DNA of 64,000 bases, taken from contig JAHCKS010000015.1 in assembly GCA_026125665.1 (NCBI GenBank), positions 5,818-69,817 of the forward strand, in the 5' to 3' direction. The notes beneath the pieces are model-generated. The model ran no database searches. It was given only the letters and a program-made list of their open reading frames with translations, and was not told where the DNA came from. The translations under genes and the position numbers were made by a program. Below are positions 46,518 through 55,199 of the stretch, one piece after another (position 1 is the stretch's first letter; each line of letters opens with the position of its first letter). The stretch is from Rubrivivax sp. (GTDB lineage: Bacteria > Pseudomonadota > Gammaproteobacteria > Burkholderiales > Burkholderiaceae_C).

Positions 46518-46982
46518 TCAGTTGATCGACACGGTGCCGGCGCGGATGCGCTGCGTGCCCCTGGCGCGCAGCAGCACGTCGTCGCCGCGCACCATCACCT
46601 TGCCGTCGGCGCGCATGTCGATCGACGACTCGCCGCATTTGAGGGTCAGCGTCTCGGCCGCCTCGAGCACGACGTGCGGTTGCGGCCGCGCCTCGGCCGG
46701 CAGGCAGGGCCCGACGCGACCGAGCACGACCGGCCGCCGCCCGGCCACGGGCATCACGAGCACCTCGTCGCCGGGCTGCGGCACGGCGGTGGGGCCGTGC
46801 AGCCAGTCGCAGGCCATCGGTGCGCCCTGCGTCGGCTCGACGACGAGCGCGCCTTCGGCGTCGATCTCGCGCAGGCGGCCGGCCCAGGGCGCCGCCGGTG
46901 CTCCGGGCGAAGCCATCGGGCTTGTGGTGTCGGGCCGGGGGTCGGTGCCCGGGGCGGTCGGGCGCAGCGGCTGGACGTTCAT
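46518..46982 (-). CDS. OB-fold / gp5-like T6SS accessory protein (DUF6484-like)
   Basis: PGDEVLV...PVVLG, then LEAAETLTLKCGESSIDMRADGKV.VRG...RARGTQRIRAGTVSIN, resembling a VgrG tip. Confidence 0.7.
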   Translation of the reverse strand: MNVQPLRPTAPGTDPRPDTTSPMASPGAPAAPWAGRLREIDAEGALVVEPTQGAPMACDWLHGPTAVPQPGDEVLVMPVAGRRPVVLGRVGPCLPAEARPQPHVVLEAAETLTLKCGESSIDMRADGKVMVRGDDVLLRARGTQRIRAGTVSIN

Positions 46983-47044
46983 CGTGGGACCTCGAGGATC
47001 GGTGGGTGGTCGAAACGGCGAATCGGTGAGCGGCCCGGCGCGTA

Positions 47045-48211
47045 TCAAGGGTGCACCCATCGTGCGTGGCGCACCATGCTCGACTCCGGCCCGCCTTCGG
47101 CCCAGAAGAAGTGCCAGGCGTCACCGGCACGCAGCGCGCCGAAGTGCGTGCCGGCGCCGGTTGCGCCCTGCAGCGAAAGCGCGGCGGTGCGCGACCATCC
47201 TTGTGCACCGAGGGTCAGCGCCGCGATCTCCGGGCCTGCCGGGAGGGTGTGCAGCGCGAACAGCCAGGGTTCACCGCGCGAGCCGCCGGCCAGCGCGAAA
47301 CCGGCGACGGGGCCGAGGCCGAACGCGGCCGAGAGGTCTTGCGGTGGTGCCGCCTCGCCGGCGGCGAACAGGCGGCGCGGGCCTTCGGCCGGGCGGCCGT
47401 CGTAGCGCGCCAGCTCCCAGTAGGGCCGATAGGCCTTGGGCCCGCGCAGGAAGGCCACGTGCAGGCGGCCATCGGCGCGCAGCGCCTGCGGCTCGGCGGC
47501 GTCGGCCAGCGGCGGCAGCGAGCCCGGCGCAGGCTGCGCCGGCGGCATCGGGAGCGTGGGCTGCGGCACCGGCGTGGGCAAAGCGCTCGGTGGGCTTGGC
47601 GCGGCCGCCAGCACGAACAGCTGCCCGTCGGCCGCGTTGGCCACGACGAGCGGCTCGGGCTGCCCTCGAACCAGGCGCGGGTTGAACAGCCACCGCGCCG
47701 GCGCGAGGGTATCGGCGACGTTCCACTGGTCCGCAGGAGGCATCTTGACCGAGGCTGCCTGCGGCGAGCTCAGTCGCAGCTCGTGGCCGCCCGTGAACCC
47801 GGGAGGCGGCGCGCCGCGGTCGAGCAGCGCCTGCAGGCCGGCACGCACCAGCTGCAGCGGTGCGCCCTGGTTGATCTCGAGCACGAAGACCATCTCCTCG
47901 CCGAAGACGGCGGCGTCGGCGCTGCGGATGCCGACGTCGTCGTGGTCGATGCGCCGCACGACCTGCAGCCGCCCCGGCTCGAGCAAGCCGAACACCAGGC
48001 TCGAACGCGACGCGTCGTCGTCGCGCTCCAGCAGGCCGAGCGCCGCGCGCCCACCGGCGACGAAGGGCCACATCGCCGCCAGGCTCGCCGCTTCGTGCAC
48101 CTTCGCCGAAGCGAGCGTGCTCATGCCGGGCCCCCCGGCAGCCGGTGGCGCGCGACCACACGCCGCCACGGCAAGCGCGGTGATCGAGCCGAGGAAGTGC
48201 CGCCGCCGCAT
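47045..48211 (-). CDS. Hypothetical Tat-type lipoprotein, candidate T6SS immunity protein
   Basis: MRRRHFL twin-arginine motif, hydrophobic stretch, lipobox VAAC (C18). Immediately downstream of the candidate effector. Confidence 0.65.
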   Translation of the reverse strand: MRRRHFLGSITALAVAACGRAPPAAGGPGMSTLASAKVHEAASLAAMWPFVAGGRAALGLLERDDDASRSSLVFGLLEPGRLQVVRRIDHDDVGIRSADAAVFGEEMVFVLEINQGAPLQLVRAGLQALLDRGAPPPGFTGGHELRLSSPQAASVKMPPADQWNVADTLAPARWLFNPRLVRGQPEPLVVANAADGQLFVLAAAPSPPSALPTPVPQPTLPMPPAQPAPGSLPPLADAAEPQALRADGRLHVAFLRGPKAYRPYWELARYDGRPAEGPRRLFAAGEAAPPQDLSAAFGLGPVAGFALAGGSRGEPWLFALHTLPAGPEIAALTLGAQGWSRTAALSLQGATGAGTHFGALRAGDAWHFFWAEGGPESSMVRHARWVHP

Positions 48212-48230
48212 CGCATCGTGTGTTTCCGCT

Positions 48231-49556
48231 TCAGTTGCTCGCGCCGTCATAGCGGATCAGCGAGTGCTTGCCGATGGCGTGGGCATACCAGGCCATCGAG
48301 CGCGCCTTGCGCAGCCAGCCGGTCTTGACCTCGGTGTCGTTCAGCACGCCCAGGAGCCAGCCGGACAACGACGCGTTGGCGTAGTCGGTCATGCTGTTCG
48401 GGTGCACGCCGCCATAGGAGGTGTCGTAGAGCTTGCCGCCGACCTCGACGATCCAGTGGTTGGAGAACCCCAGCGGCGCCAGCGGCTGCCCCTGCGCCGG
48501 CACCCCCGAGCGCTTGCGCATGTCGATCCTCAGGGCCGGGCCCGGCTTGCCGGTGCCGGGGTCCTGCTTCAGCGACGTCAGCACCGGCCGGTTGAGGGGC
48601 GGCGAGTCCACGCTCAGCCAGGTGCCCGCGTAGTACACGTCGGGGTGGGCGCTCCAGTTGGGCACCGGCTTGGCCGCCACGTCCCAGTTCTTGACGAGGA
48701 ACATCTCGGTGTCCGCCGCCGTGTTGGGGATGACCTCCTTGCACTGGATGCCGTGCAGCGCCAGGCACTCCATGAAGGTGTGCGCGATGGCGCGGCAGCT
48801 CCAGCCGAGCTTGTACGCGCCGCCGTCGGGCTGCACGAGCTTGTCCAGCCGCTGGATGCAGCGCCGCGTCTTCCAGTAGGCGAAGCCGGTGACGTGCGGC
48901 ACCTGCGCGCCCTTGCCGTCGGAGAACTTCGACCACAGCGCGGCGAGCACGTCCTTCTCGCCGGCCTTGCCGGCGGCCCAGCGCGTGGCCCAGTCGACGA
49001 CCCGGACGTAGTGTTCCTTGTAGTCGGTCCAGCCGATGGGGCGCGGCTTGGCGTCGACGAAGTACAGGCGCAGCGGCGAGCCACCGGCCGCCTCGGCGGT
49101 GGTGCCGCCGGCCTTCACCGTCCAGCGCAGCGTGATGCCGCCGCCGTGGTTGGTGACCTTGTCCGGCTTCTTCGTGAAGGTGCAGTTGACGTCGGCCTTG
49201 CCGCGCTGGCCGCTGATGCTGAAGTCGCCGGCGATGACGATGCTGCCGTCGCGCGTGCGGCCCTCGAGCTTGGCGCTGCCGTCGTGGCCCTTCTGGCTCC
49301 ACTGCACCTGCACGACGACGTCCTTGGTCTCGCCGCGGCCGCCTTCGCGCACGTAGACGGCCGGGTGGATGGCCTTGCTCGTCCAGTGCGGCGTGCCCGA
49401 CGGCGGCACCTCGCTCGCCGCGCCGCCCTTGGCCACCTCGAACAGCTTGATGCCGCTCTTGAAGGTGATGCCGACCACCGCCACCGCCAGCACCTTCGCT
49501 TCGGGCTTCTTGTCGGTGACCACACCGACATGAACCGGTTCGCCGAGCTGCGTCAT
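48231..49556 (-). CDS. Candidate T6SS effector with transglutaminase-like Cys-His-Asp domain
   Basis: GWSC254RAIAHTFMECLALHGI and FSNH367WIVEVGGKLYD378TSYG, no signal peptide, directly after the PAAR-like gene. Confidence 0.7.
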   Translation of the reverse strand: MTQLGEPVHVGVVTDKKPEAKVLAVAVVGITFKSGIKLFEVAKGGAASEVPPSGTPHWTSKAIHPAVYVREGGRGETKDVVVQVQWSQKGHDGSAKLEGRTRDGSIVIAGDFSISGQRGKADVNCTFTKKPDKVTNHGGGITLRWTVKAGGTTAEAAGGSPLRLYFVDAKPRPIGWTDYKEHYVRVVDWATRWAAGKAGEKDVLAALWSKFSDGKGAQVPHVTGFAYWKTRRCIQRLDKLVQPDGGAYKLGWSCRAIAHTFMECLALHGIQCKEVIPNTAADTEMFLVKNWDVAAKPVPNWSAHPDVYYAGTWLSVDSPPLNRPVLTSLKQDPGTGKPGPALRIDMRKRSGVPAQGQPLAPLGFSNHWIVEVGGKLYDTSYGGVHPNSMTDYANASLSGWLLGVLNDTEVKTGWLRKARSMAWYAHAIGKHSLIRYDGASN

Positions 49557-49584
49557 CGTCGGTGCCTTCGTCGCCGCGGGCTCG

Positions 49585-49965
49585 TCAGCCGCAGATGTTC
49601 TTCTTGTTGTGCCACAGCGGGTCGCCCATGCGGCAGACGTTCTTGCCTTCGAGCATGACGTTGAACGAGTACATCAGGAACTCGCACTCCTGCTTGAAGA
49701 CGCCGCTGATGACGCCACCGACGCTGCCGGGCTCGTCGCCCGTGCTCATCATGTACTTCGCGCCCTTCACCATCACCATCTGGCCGTCGGCCTTGACCTT
49801 GGTCGTGCCCTGCGAGGTGTCGGCCGCCTTGCCGATGTTCGGGTAGGGGATCGGGATCGGTCCGGCCGGCGGCGCCGGTGTCTTGCACACGTCGGGGAAG
49901 ACCAGGCTCATGCCGCCGCTGCCCTTGTGCGCGAAGCCCATGATGTTGAAGACGGTGCACGGCAT
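49585..49965 (-). CDS. Stand-alone PAAR-like (DUF4150) protein
   Basis: FPDVCKTP...PIPYPN, STGDEPG..GGV.SG, NV.LEGKNVCR.GD...HN. 126 aa, no toxin extension. Confidence 0.88.
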   Translation of the reverse strand: MPCTVFNIMGFAHKGSGGMSLVFPDVCKTPAPPAGPIPIPYPNIGKAADTSQGTTKVKADGQMVMVKGAKYMMSTGDEPGSVGGVISGVFKQECEFLMYSFNVMLEGKNVCRMGDPLWHNKKNICG

Positions 49966-49979
49966 CGGGGCTCCCGGGC

Positions 49980-51056
49980 TCAGGCGGTGGCCAGCAGCGC
50001 CACGCCGCGCTCGCCGCGGTCGGAGGAGGCGTAGACGAGGCACGGCGCGGCGCGGTAGCCGTGCTTCAGGCCGTGCGCGGCGAGCGCGGCCAGCGCCGGC
50101 CCGCAGGCCGCGCCGATCTCGCCGTAGCACTCCGCCGGGTGTTCCATCGTGTGCGCGGGATCGAACGCGCTGCTCGAGCGCAGCCGCGCCACGCCGAACT
50201 CGCGCGCCCAGTAGCGCTCGCCGTTGAAGCTGCTGTACACGGTGGCGATGGGCGCCGGGAGTGGGGCCTGCGCGAGCAGCGTCGCGAGTGTCGCCGCCAG
50301 GCCTTCACCCTGGTAGGGCGCGTCGGCGTAGAGGTGCCCGGGTTCCTGGCCGAGTGCTTGGCCAGCCAGGCGCGCCAGCGCCGGCAGGCCCTGCTGCCGT
50401 GCCGTCGCCGCCTTCGCCAGCAGCAGGAACGCGGCGCCCTCCGAAGGGCTGAAGCCGTCGCTCGTGGCCTCGGTGCGGATGCGGCCCTCGGTGTCCAGGC
50501 GGTGCAGCAGCGTCTCGTCGAGGAAGCAGTCGACGCCGCCCACGAGCACGAAGTCGCAGCCGGCCTGCGCCAGCCGGGTGGCTGCTTCACGCAGCGCCAT
50601 CAGGCCGGCGGCGCGGCCGCGTGCCGCGGCCACGCTGCGCCGTGCGTCGAAGAGCCCGCGCGCCTGCTGCGCCAGGCGCACGAGGAAGCTGCTGGCATCC
50701 AGCGGCGTCTCGCCGTGCTGCTCGGGCAGGGCCAGCAAGAGCGGGAAGCGCGCCGCGATCGCGGCGTCGGGCAGCGCCGCCACCGCTTCGCCGAGAGCGG
50801 CGTGCGCGAGGCGCAACATGCGCGTCTCGCGCTCCGGCAGGGCCTGGGCCAGCGGCGCCAGCGCCGCATCGAGGTCCGGCAGGCCGTCGTCGGGCACACG
50901 TCCGGCGATGTACGGCTCCAGTTGCCCGTCGAGCCATTCGAGCTCGCCCAGGCGCGCCATGCGCGCGCGCGCCGACGCGGCCGTTTCGGGCAGGCTCAGC
51001 CCGACCGGTGTCACGAGGCCCGCGCCGGCGATGACGATCGTTTCGTCGTTGCCCAT
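49980..51056 (-). CDS. Beta-ketoacyl-synthase/thiolase-like T6SS adaptor (PRK06147-like)
   Basis: GLVTPVGL, LVGGVD, PSEGAAFLLL, FNGERY..REF, HPAECYGEIGAA. Catalytic Cys position reads GRAAG. Confidence 0.8.
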   Translation of the reverse strand: MGNDETIVIAGAGLVTPVGLSLPETAASARARMARLGELEWLDGQLEPYIAGRVPDDGLPDLDAALAPLAQALPERETRMLRLAHAALGEAVAALPDAAIAARFPLLLALPEQHGETPLDASSFLVRLAQQARGLFDARRSVAAARGRAAGLMALREAATRLAQAGCDFVLVGGVDCFLDETLLHRLDTEGRIRTEATSDGFSPSEGAAFLLLAKAATARQQGLPALARLAGQALGQEPGHLYADAPYQGEGLAATLATLLAQAPLPAPIATVYSSFNGERYWAREFGVARLRSSSAFDPAHTMEHPAECYGEIGAACGPALAALAAHGLKHGYRAAPCLVYASSDRGERGVALLATA

Positions 51057-51074
51057 TCGAAGGATCTCGTGTGC

Positions 51075-52133
51075 CTACGCCGGCACGGCTGCGCCCGCTG
51101 GCGATGCCGGCGCGGCGGCCGGGCGCCGTTCGTGGCGCGCGCTGCGCACGACGACGCGGCTCAGGCGCAGCAGCTTCTTGTCCACGGCGAACGCGGCGCG
51201 CCACAGCAGCTGCACACGCGCCGCGTCGGGCTCGAGCAGCACCAGCTCGAGTTGGGGCACGCGCGGGATCGTCCCGCCGTCGAAGTCGAAGTCGAGCTGC
51301 AGCTCGCAGCGCGGCAGCGTGAACGTGAGCACGCCGTCGCCGGTGCAGCCGGCGATGCGCACTGGCTCGCCGCCCTGCAGGTGGCCCGGTGCGACAAGCC
51401 CGGGCGGCGCGAGCTGGAAGAAGCGTGTGTCGAAGTCCAGCGGCAGGTACGGTGCGCGGCCCTTCGTCCAGGCCTCGTCGTAGGTGCCGGCGTACTGCCG
51501 CCGCGGTGCCCACGTGGGGGCGACCGGCGCGAAGCAGGCCGGGGTCGGCCGCTGCTCCGGGTCGGCGAGCGGCTCGGCCGGGTCTTCCAGGTTCGGCAAC
51601 GCCTGGCCTTCCGCGGGCTGCGTGCCCTTGGCCACGAGGCCGCGACCGACCGGGTTGCGCGGCTCGTGCTCGCGCACCGTGTCGCCTTCCGTCACCACGC
51701 CGCCGAAGGCGAGCTCCCAGCGCAGCGGCATGCGCGACCACGGCGCCGGATCACCCGGCCCCCAGCGCCCGCCGCTCTTGCGCCACTGCCGGTCGCCGAA
51801 CACGCGCACCGTGCGCGTGACCGGGCCCACCGACAGCGCCACGTCGGCGACACGCGTGCGCTCGTCGGGTGCGATGGCGCGGCCGGTCAGCAGCACGTCG
51901 GTGGCCGGCTTCAGCAGGCCGAACTCGCCGGCGGCGCGCAGGCTGGAGGTGGCCGGGTCGGCCCAGAAGACATCGGCAGGCAGCAGCGGCAGCTGCGCCG
52001 CGGCGGGCTCGGGTTCGCCGCTCGCGAGCGAGAAGGTGGCCTTCACCGTGGCGTAGGCCGTCTCGATGCCGCCGGCGTCCGGGAACACGGACAGCGCGGC
52101 GACGAACGGCGTGTGGTTGACGACCTGGAGCAT
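51075..52133 (-). CDS. DUF2169 T6SS adaptor/chaperone
   Basis: NHTPF, KPATDVLL.G, VFGDR.W, PLRWELAFGG, NPVGRG, PNLE, RRQYAGTYD..W, FFQ.AP. Confidence 0.9.
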   Translation of the reverse strand: MLQVVNHTPFVAALSVFPDAGGIETAYATVKATFSLASGEPEPAAAQLPLLPADVFWADPATSSLRAAGEFGLLKPATDVLLTGRAIAPDERTRVADVALSVGPVTRTVRVFGDRQWRKSGGRWGPGDPAPWSRMPLRWELAFGGVVTEGDTVREHEPRNPVGRGLVAKGTQPAEGQALPNLEDPAEPLADPEQRPTPACFAPVAPTWAPRRQYAGTYDEAWTKGRAPYLPLDFDTRFFQLAPPGLVAPGHLQGGEPVRIAGCTGDGVLTFTLPRCELQLDFDFDGGTIPRVPQLELVLLEPDAARVQLLWRAAFAVDKKLLRLSRVVVRSARHERRPAAAPASPAGAAVPA

Positions 52134-52181
52134 GGCGGGCGGGTGGAGCGCAGGGCCGTGGCGGTGCTCGGCGTGCTGGCC

Positions 52182-54365
52182 TCAGTTCTCCGCGATCTTC
52201 GAGCCCTTCAGCACCATGTCGCCGCTGGCCTTGATGCCGATCTTGCCGCTGCCGGTGACGGTGATGTCCTTGCCCTTGATCTGGATGGTGCCGTCCTTCT
52301 TCATCGTGATGCTGGCGTCGCCGGTCTTGATGGTGATCTCGTCGCCGGCCTCGAGCACGAACTTCTTGCCCACGGTGAGCTTGTCGTCCTTGCCGACGTC
52401 GGTGGTGCGGTTGTCGCCGACCTTGTGCGTCTCGTTCTTGCCGACCGTCGCCGAGAGGTCCTTGCCGATGCTGACGGTCTGGGTCGCGCCGACATCGATG
52501 CTGCGGTTGGCGCCGACGCTCGTGGACTGGTTGGCGCCGACGGTCACGGTCTGCGCGGCGCCGACGGCGATCACCTGTGCGGCACCGATCGCCACTTCCT
52601 GCGCCGCGCCGATGGCGATGGTCTCGTTGACGCCGACGCTGTGCGTGCGCTGCAGTGCCACGGTCGCGGTCTCGCTCGCGCCCACCGTGATGCTGCGGTT
52701 GGCGCCGATCGAGATCGTCTCGTTGTTGCCGACGGTCTCGGTGCGGTCGCGCCCGATCGTCGTCACCTCGTCGCGCTCGATGCGTTTGGTGCGGTCGCGC
52801 CCCACGCTGTGCGTCTCGTCGTTCTCCACCTCGATGTCCATGTCCTTCTCGGCATGGATCCACAGCTGCTCGCTGCCCTTCTTGTCTTCGAAGCGGATGG
52901 CGTTGGCGTTGCCGTAGGCGCCGCCCTTGCTGCTGCGCGTGAGCACGCCGCTTTGCGTGGCGTTGGCTGGCAGCTCCCACGGCGGCATCTGCTCGGCGTT
53001 GTAGACGCGGCCGGTGATGATCGGCTGGTCGGGGTCGCCTTCGAGGAAGTCGACGATGACCTCCTGGCCGATGCGCGGGATCTGCACGAAGCCGAAGCTC
53101 TTGCCCGCCCACGGCGAGCTGACCCGCACCCAGCAGCTGCTCTTCTCGTTCTTCTGGCCCAGCCGGTCCCAGTGGAACTGCACCTTCACGCGGCCGTACT
53201 TGTCGGTGAAGATCTCCTCGCCGCCCGGCCCGACCACCACGGCGGTCTGCGGCCCCTGCACGAAGGGCTTGGGCGTGCGGCGCTCGGGCCGCCAGGCCTG
53301 CGTGGCCGGCGCGGCGGTGAACTGGCACTGGTAGTCGCCCTCGCCGCCGCCACCACCACCACCGGTGCCGCTCTCGTACGCTGCCAGGTGGGCGCTGACC
53401 GAGATCTGCGCGCACAGGTACTGCACGTTCTGGTCGGCGCGCGGGTGGCGCTCGAGCTTGAACAGGTGGCCCACGGCCAGCGCACGCGCGTTGGTCTGTC
53501 CGGCGATGCGCTCGAAGCGCGCCTGGTGCTCGTCCAGGCGCACGTCGGTGATGTGCTGGCCGTCGGGCTTCTGCGTGTAGTCGCCCTCGAAGTCGAACAG
53601 CTCGTAGTCGTCGAGCGAATGCGAGCGCGCGTGCGCCCGCTCCACGGCCAGCGACGTGGACGGGCGCTCGAAGTCGTAGCTCGTCGTCGCCGTCTTGCCG
53701 CTGCGCACCTCGCGCGTGCATTGCCAGCTGCCAACGTAGTCCACGTCGGGCGGCGCGCCGCCGGCCAGCGCATGGTAGGGCAGCGTCTCGCAGCCTTCGG
53801 CGGGCGAGAGCGCGCCGATGTCGTCGGTCAGCACCAGCTTGTGCGTGCCCTCGCCGTGCTCGAAGAACCAGTAGATGCCTTCTTCCTCGAGCAGGCGGGC
53901 GACGAACTGGAAGTCGCTCTCGCGGTACTGCACGCAGTAGTTGCGCGTGCGGTAGCTGCCGAAGAGCTTGAACTCGAAGTTGGCGATGGCCGCATGGTCA
54001 CCGAAGACCTTCTCGACGATCTGCGGCACCGTCATCTCCTGGAAGATGCGGCAGTCGGTGGTGCGGGTCAGGAACCACAGCCACGGCCGGAGCGTGGCGT
54101 GGTAGCGGTAGTGGCGGCCGCGGCCGCTCTTGCCCATGCCGAAGCGCGCGACGAGGCCGTTGAAGCGGCGCTTGCCGCCCTCGCTCAGCAGCACCTCGAC
54201 ACTGGCCGCCTCGCCGAGCAGCTTCTCGGCGGCGATGTCGGGCTTCGACGAAACGAGCGTGACCTCGATCGTCTCCAGCGCCGACAGCGCCTGCGTCGCC
54301 GTCATCGACTCGAAGCGCAGGTCGTCGGCAGGCAGCGGGCAGGTGAAGGTGATGGGCGAGGGCAT
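52182..54365 (-). CDS. vgrG: T6SS spike protein VgrG (TssI)
   Basis: LRPWLW.L, YCVQYRESD, EEEGI, GPQTAVVVG, DKYGRVKVQFHWDR, SCWVRV, PRIGQEV, gp5 C-terminal 8-residue repeats. Confidence 0.96.
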   Translation of the reverse strand: MPSPITFTCPLPADDLRFESMTATQALSALETIEVTLVSSKPDIAAEKLLGEAASVEVLLSEGGKRRFNGLVARFGMGKSGRGRHYRYHATLRPWLWFLTRTTDCRIFQEMTVPQIVEKVFGDHAAIANFEFKLFGSYRTRNYCVQYRESDFQFVARLLEEEGIYWFFEHGEGTHKLVLTDDIGALSPAEGCETLPYHALAGGAPPDVDYVGSWQCTREVRSGKTATTSYDFERPSTSLAVERAHARSHSLDDYELFDFEGDYTQKPDGQHITDVRLDEHQARFERIAGQTNARALAVGHLFKLERHPRADQNVQYLCAQISVSAHLAAYESGTGGGGGGGEGDYQCQFTAAPATQAWRPERRTPKPFVQGPQTAVVVGPGGEEIFTDKYGRVKVQFHWDRLGQKNEKSSCWVRVSSPWAGKSFGFVQIPRIGQEVIVDFLEGDPDQPIITGRVYNAEQMPPWELPANATQSGVLTRSSKGGAYGNANAIRFEDKKGSEQLWIHAEKDMDIEVENDETHSVGRDRTKRIERDEVTTIGRDRTETVGNNETISIGANRSITVGASETATVALQRTHSVGVNETIAIGAAQEVAIGAAQVIAVGAAQTVTVGANQSTSVGANRSIDVGATQTVSIGKDLSATVGKNETHKVGDNRTTDVGKDDKLTVGKKFVLEAGDEITIKTGDASITMKKDGTIQIKGKDITVTGSGKIGIKASGDMVLKGSKIAEN

Positions 54366-54542
54366 GGCGGCGGCTTCAGTGGCGCGGCACGGTCTCGAAG
54401 GCGCAACTGCGCTGCGGGGCCGGGTCGGCGGGTTTCATGCTCGGCGAGCGGTGCGGCAGCAGCCAGCGCCGAAAGTCATGCATCGGCGCGTGTCCTCCTT
54501 CGGCCGAAGGGCTGCGCGCGCATGCGGGGCGGTGGCGCGGGT

Positions 54543-55199
54543 TCATCGGCCTGCGGGTTCGTCCAGCACCACATCGCGCACGGGATTGCGCTGCGGGTAG
54601 TACAGCGGGTTCAGGCCGTCGAGGAAGAAGCTGTGTGCGCCGCGTTGCATGCGCTGGTTGAACGTGGCGAGTGGCTCGCTCGTCGCGAAGCCGCGGATCG
54701 GGTCGATCGTGGCCACCTGCGCCCCACCGGCCTGCGCGTGCAGCCCGACGCAGACGATGGCATGCGCAAAGCCGTTCCACGAGCCGAAGAAGATGTAGGG
54801 GCCGTGGCGGCGCAGCCGCGACTCGACGTCGTCGGCCGTCCAGGCCCCGAAGGCCGGCCGGTCGAAGCCGCGGAAGCCGGAGATGTCGCGCAGCCGCTCC
54901 AGCGCCGCCGGGTTGCGCGGCAGGCCGAGCGAGTACCACTCGTAGGGCTCGTAGTAGGCATGGCCCGTGTGGTCGCGCAGCTCGGGGTCGCGTTCGAGGG
55001 CGCGCTCGATGTCGCGCTCGTACACCATGTCCGGGATGCCATCGTCGGGCCGGTTCCACGGGCGTGCGAACTGGGCGTTGAAGTCCCAGGGATTGGCGTA
55101 GTCGCGGCCGTAGTACTCGAGCACCATCGCCATGCAGGCCCACCAGCACGACATCTGGCTGGCCTGCACGCGGCCGGGCACGCGCAGCTCGATGCTCAT
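54543..55199 (-). CDS. Papain-like cysteine peptidase (C39/C70-like)
   Basis: Q12-x5-C18 (QASQMSCWWACMAMV), H146 (AHAIVCVG), D166 (TIDP). ATG overlaps the upstream stop. Confidence 0.75.
   Translation of the reverse strand: MSIELRVPGRVQASQMSCWWACMAMVLEYYGRDYANPWDFNAQFARPWNRPDDGIPDMVYERDIERALERDPELRDHTGHAYYEPYEWYSLGLPRNPAALERLRDISGFRGFDRPAFGAWTADDVESRLRRHGPYIFFGSWNGFAHAIVCVGLHAQAGGAQVATIDPIRGFATSEPLATFNQRMQRGAHSFFLDGLNPLYYPQRNPVRDVVLDEPAGR

Noticed and set aside
49980-51056. Fatty-acid or polyketide synthase gene
   Set aside because: It lacks the catalytic Cys, has no ACP or other FAS/PKS genes nearby, and its position fits the T6SS adaptor family.
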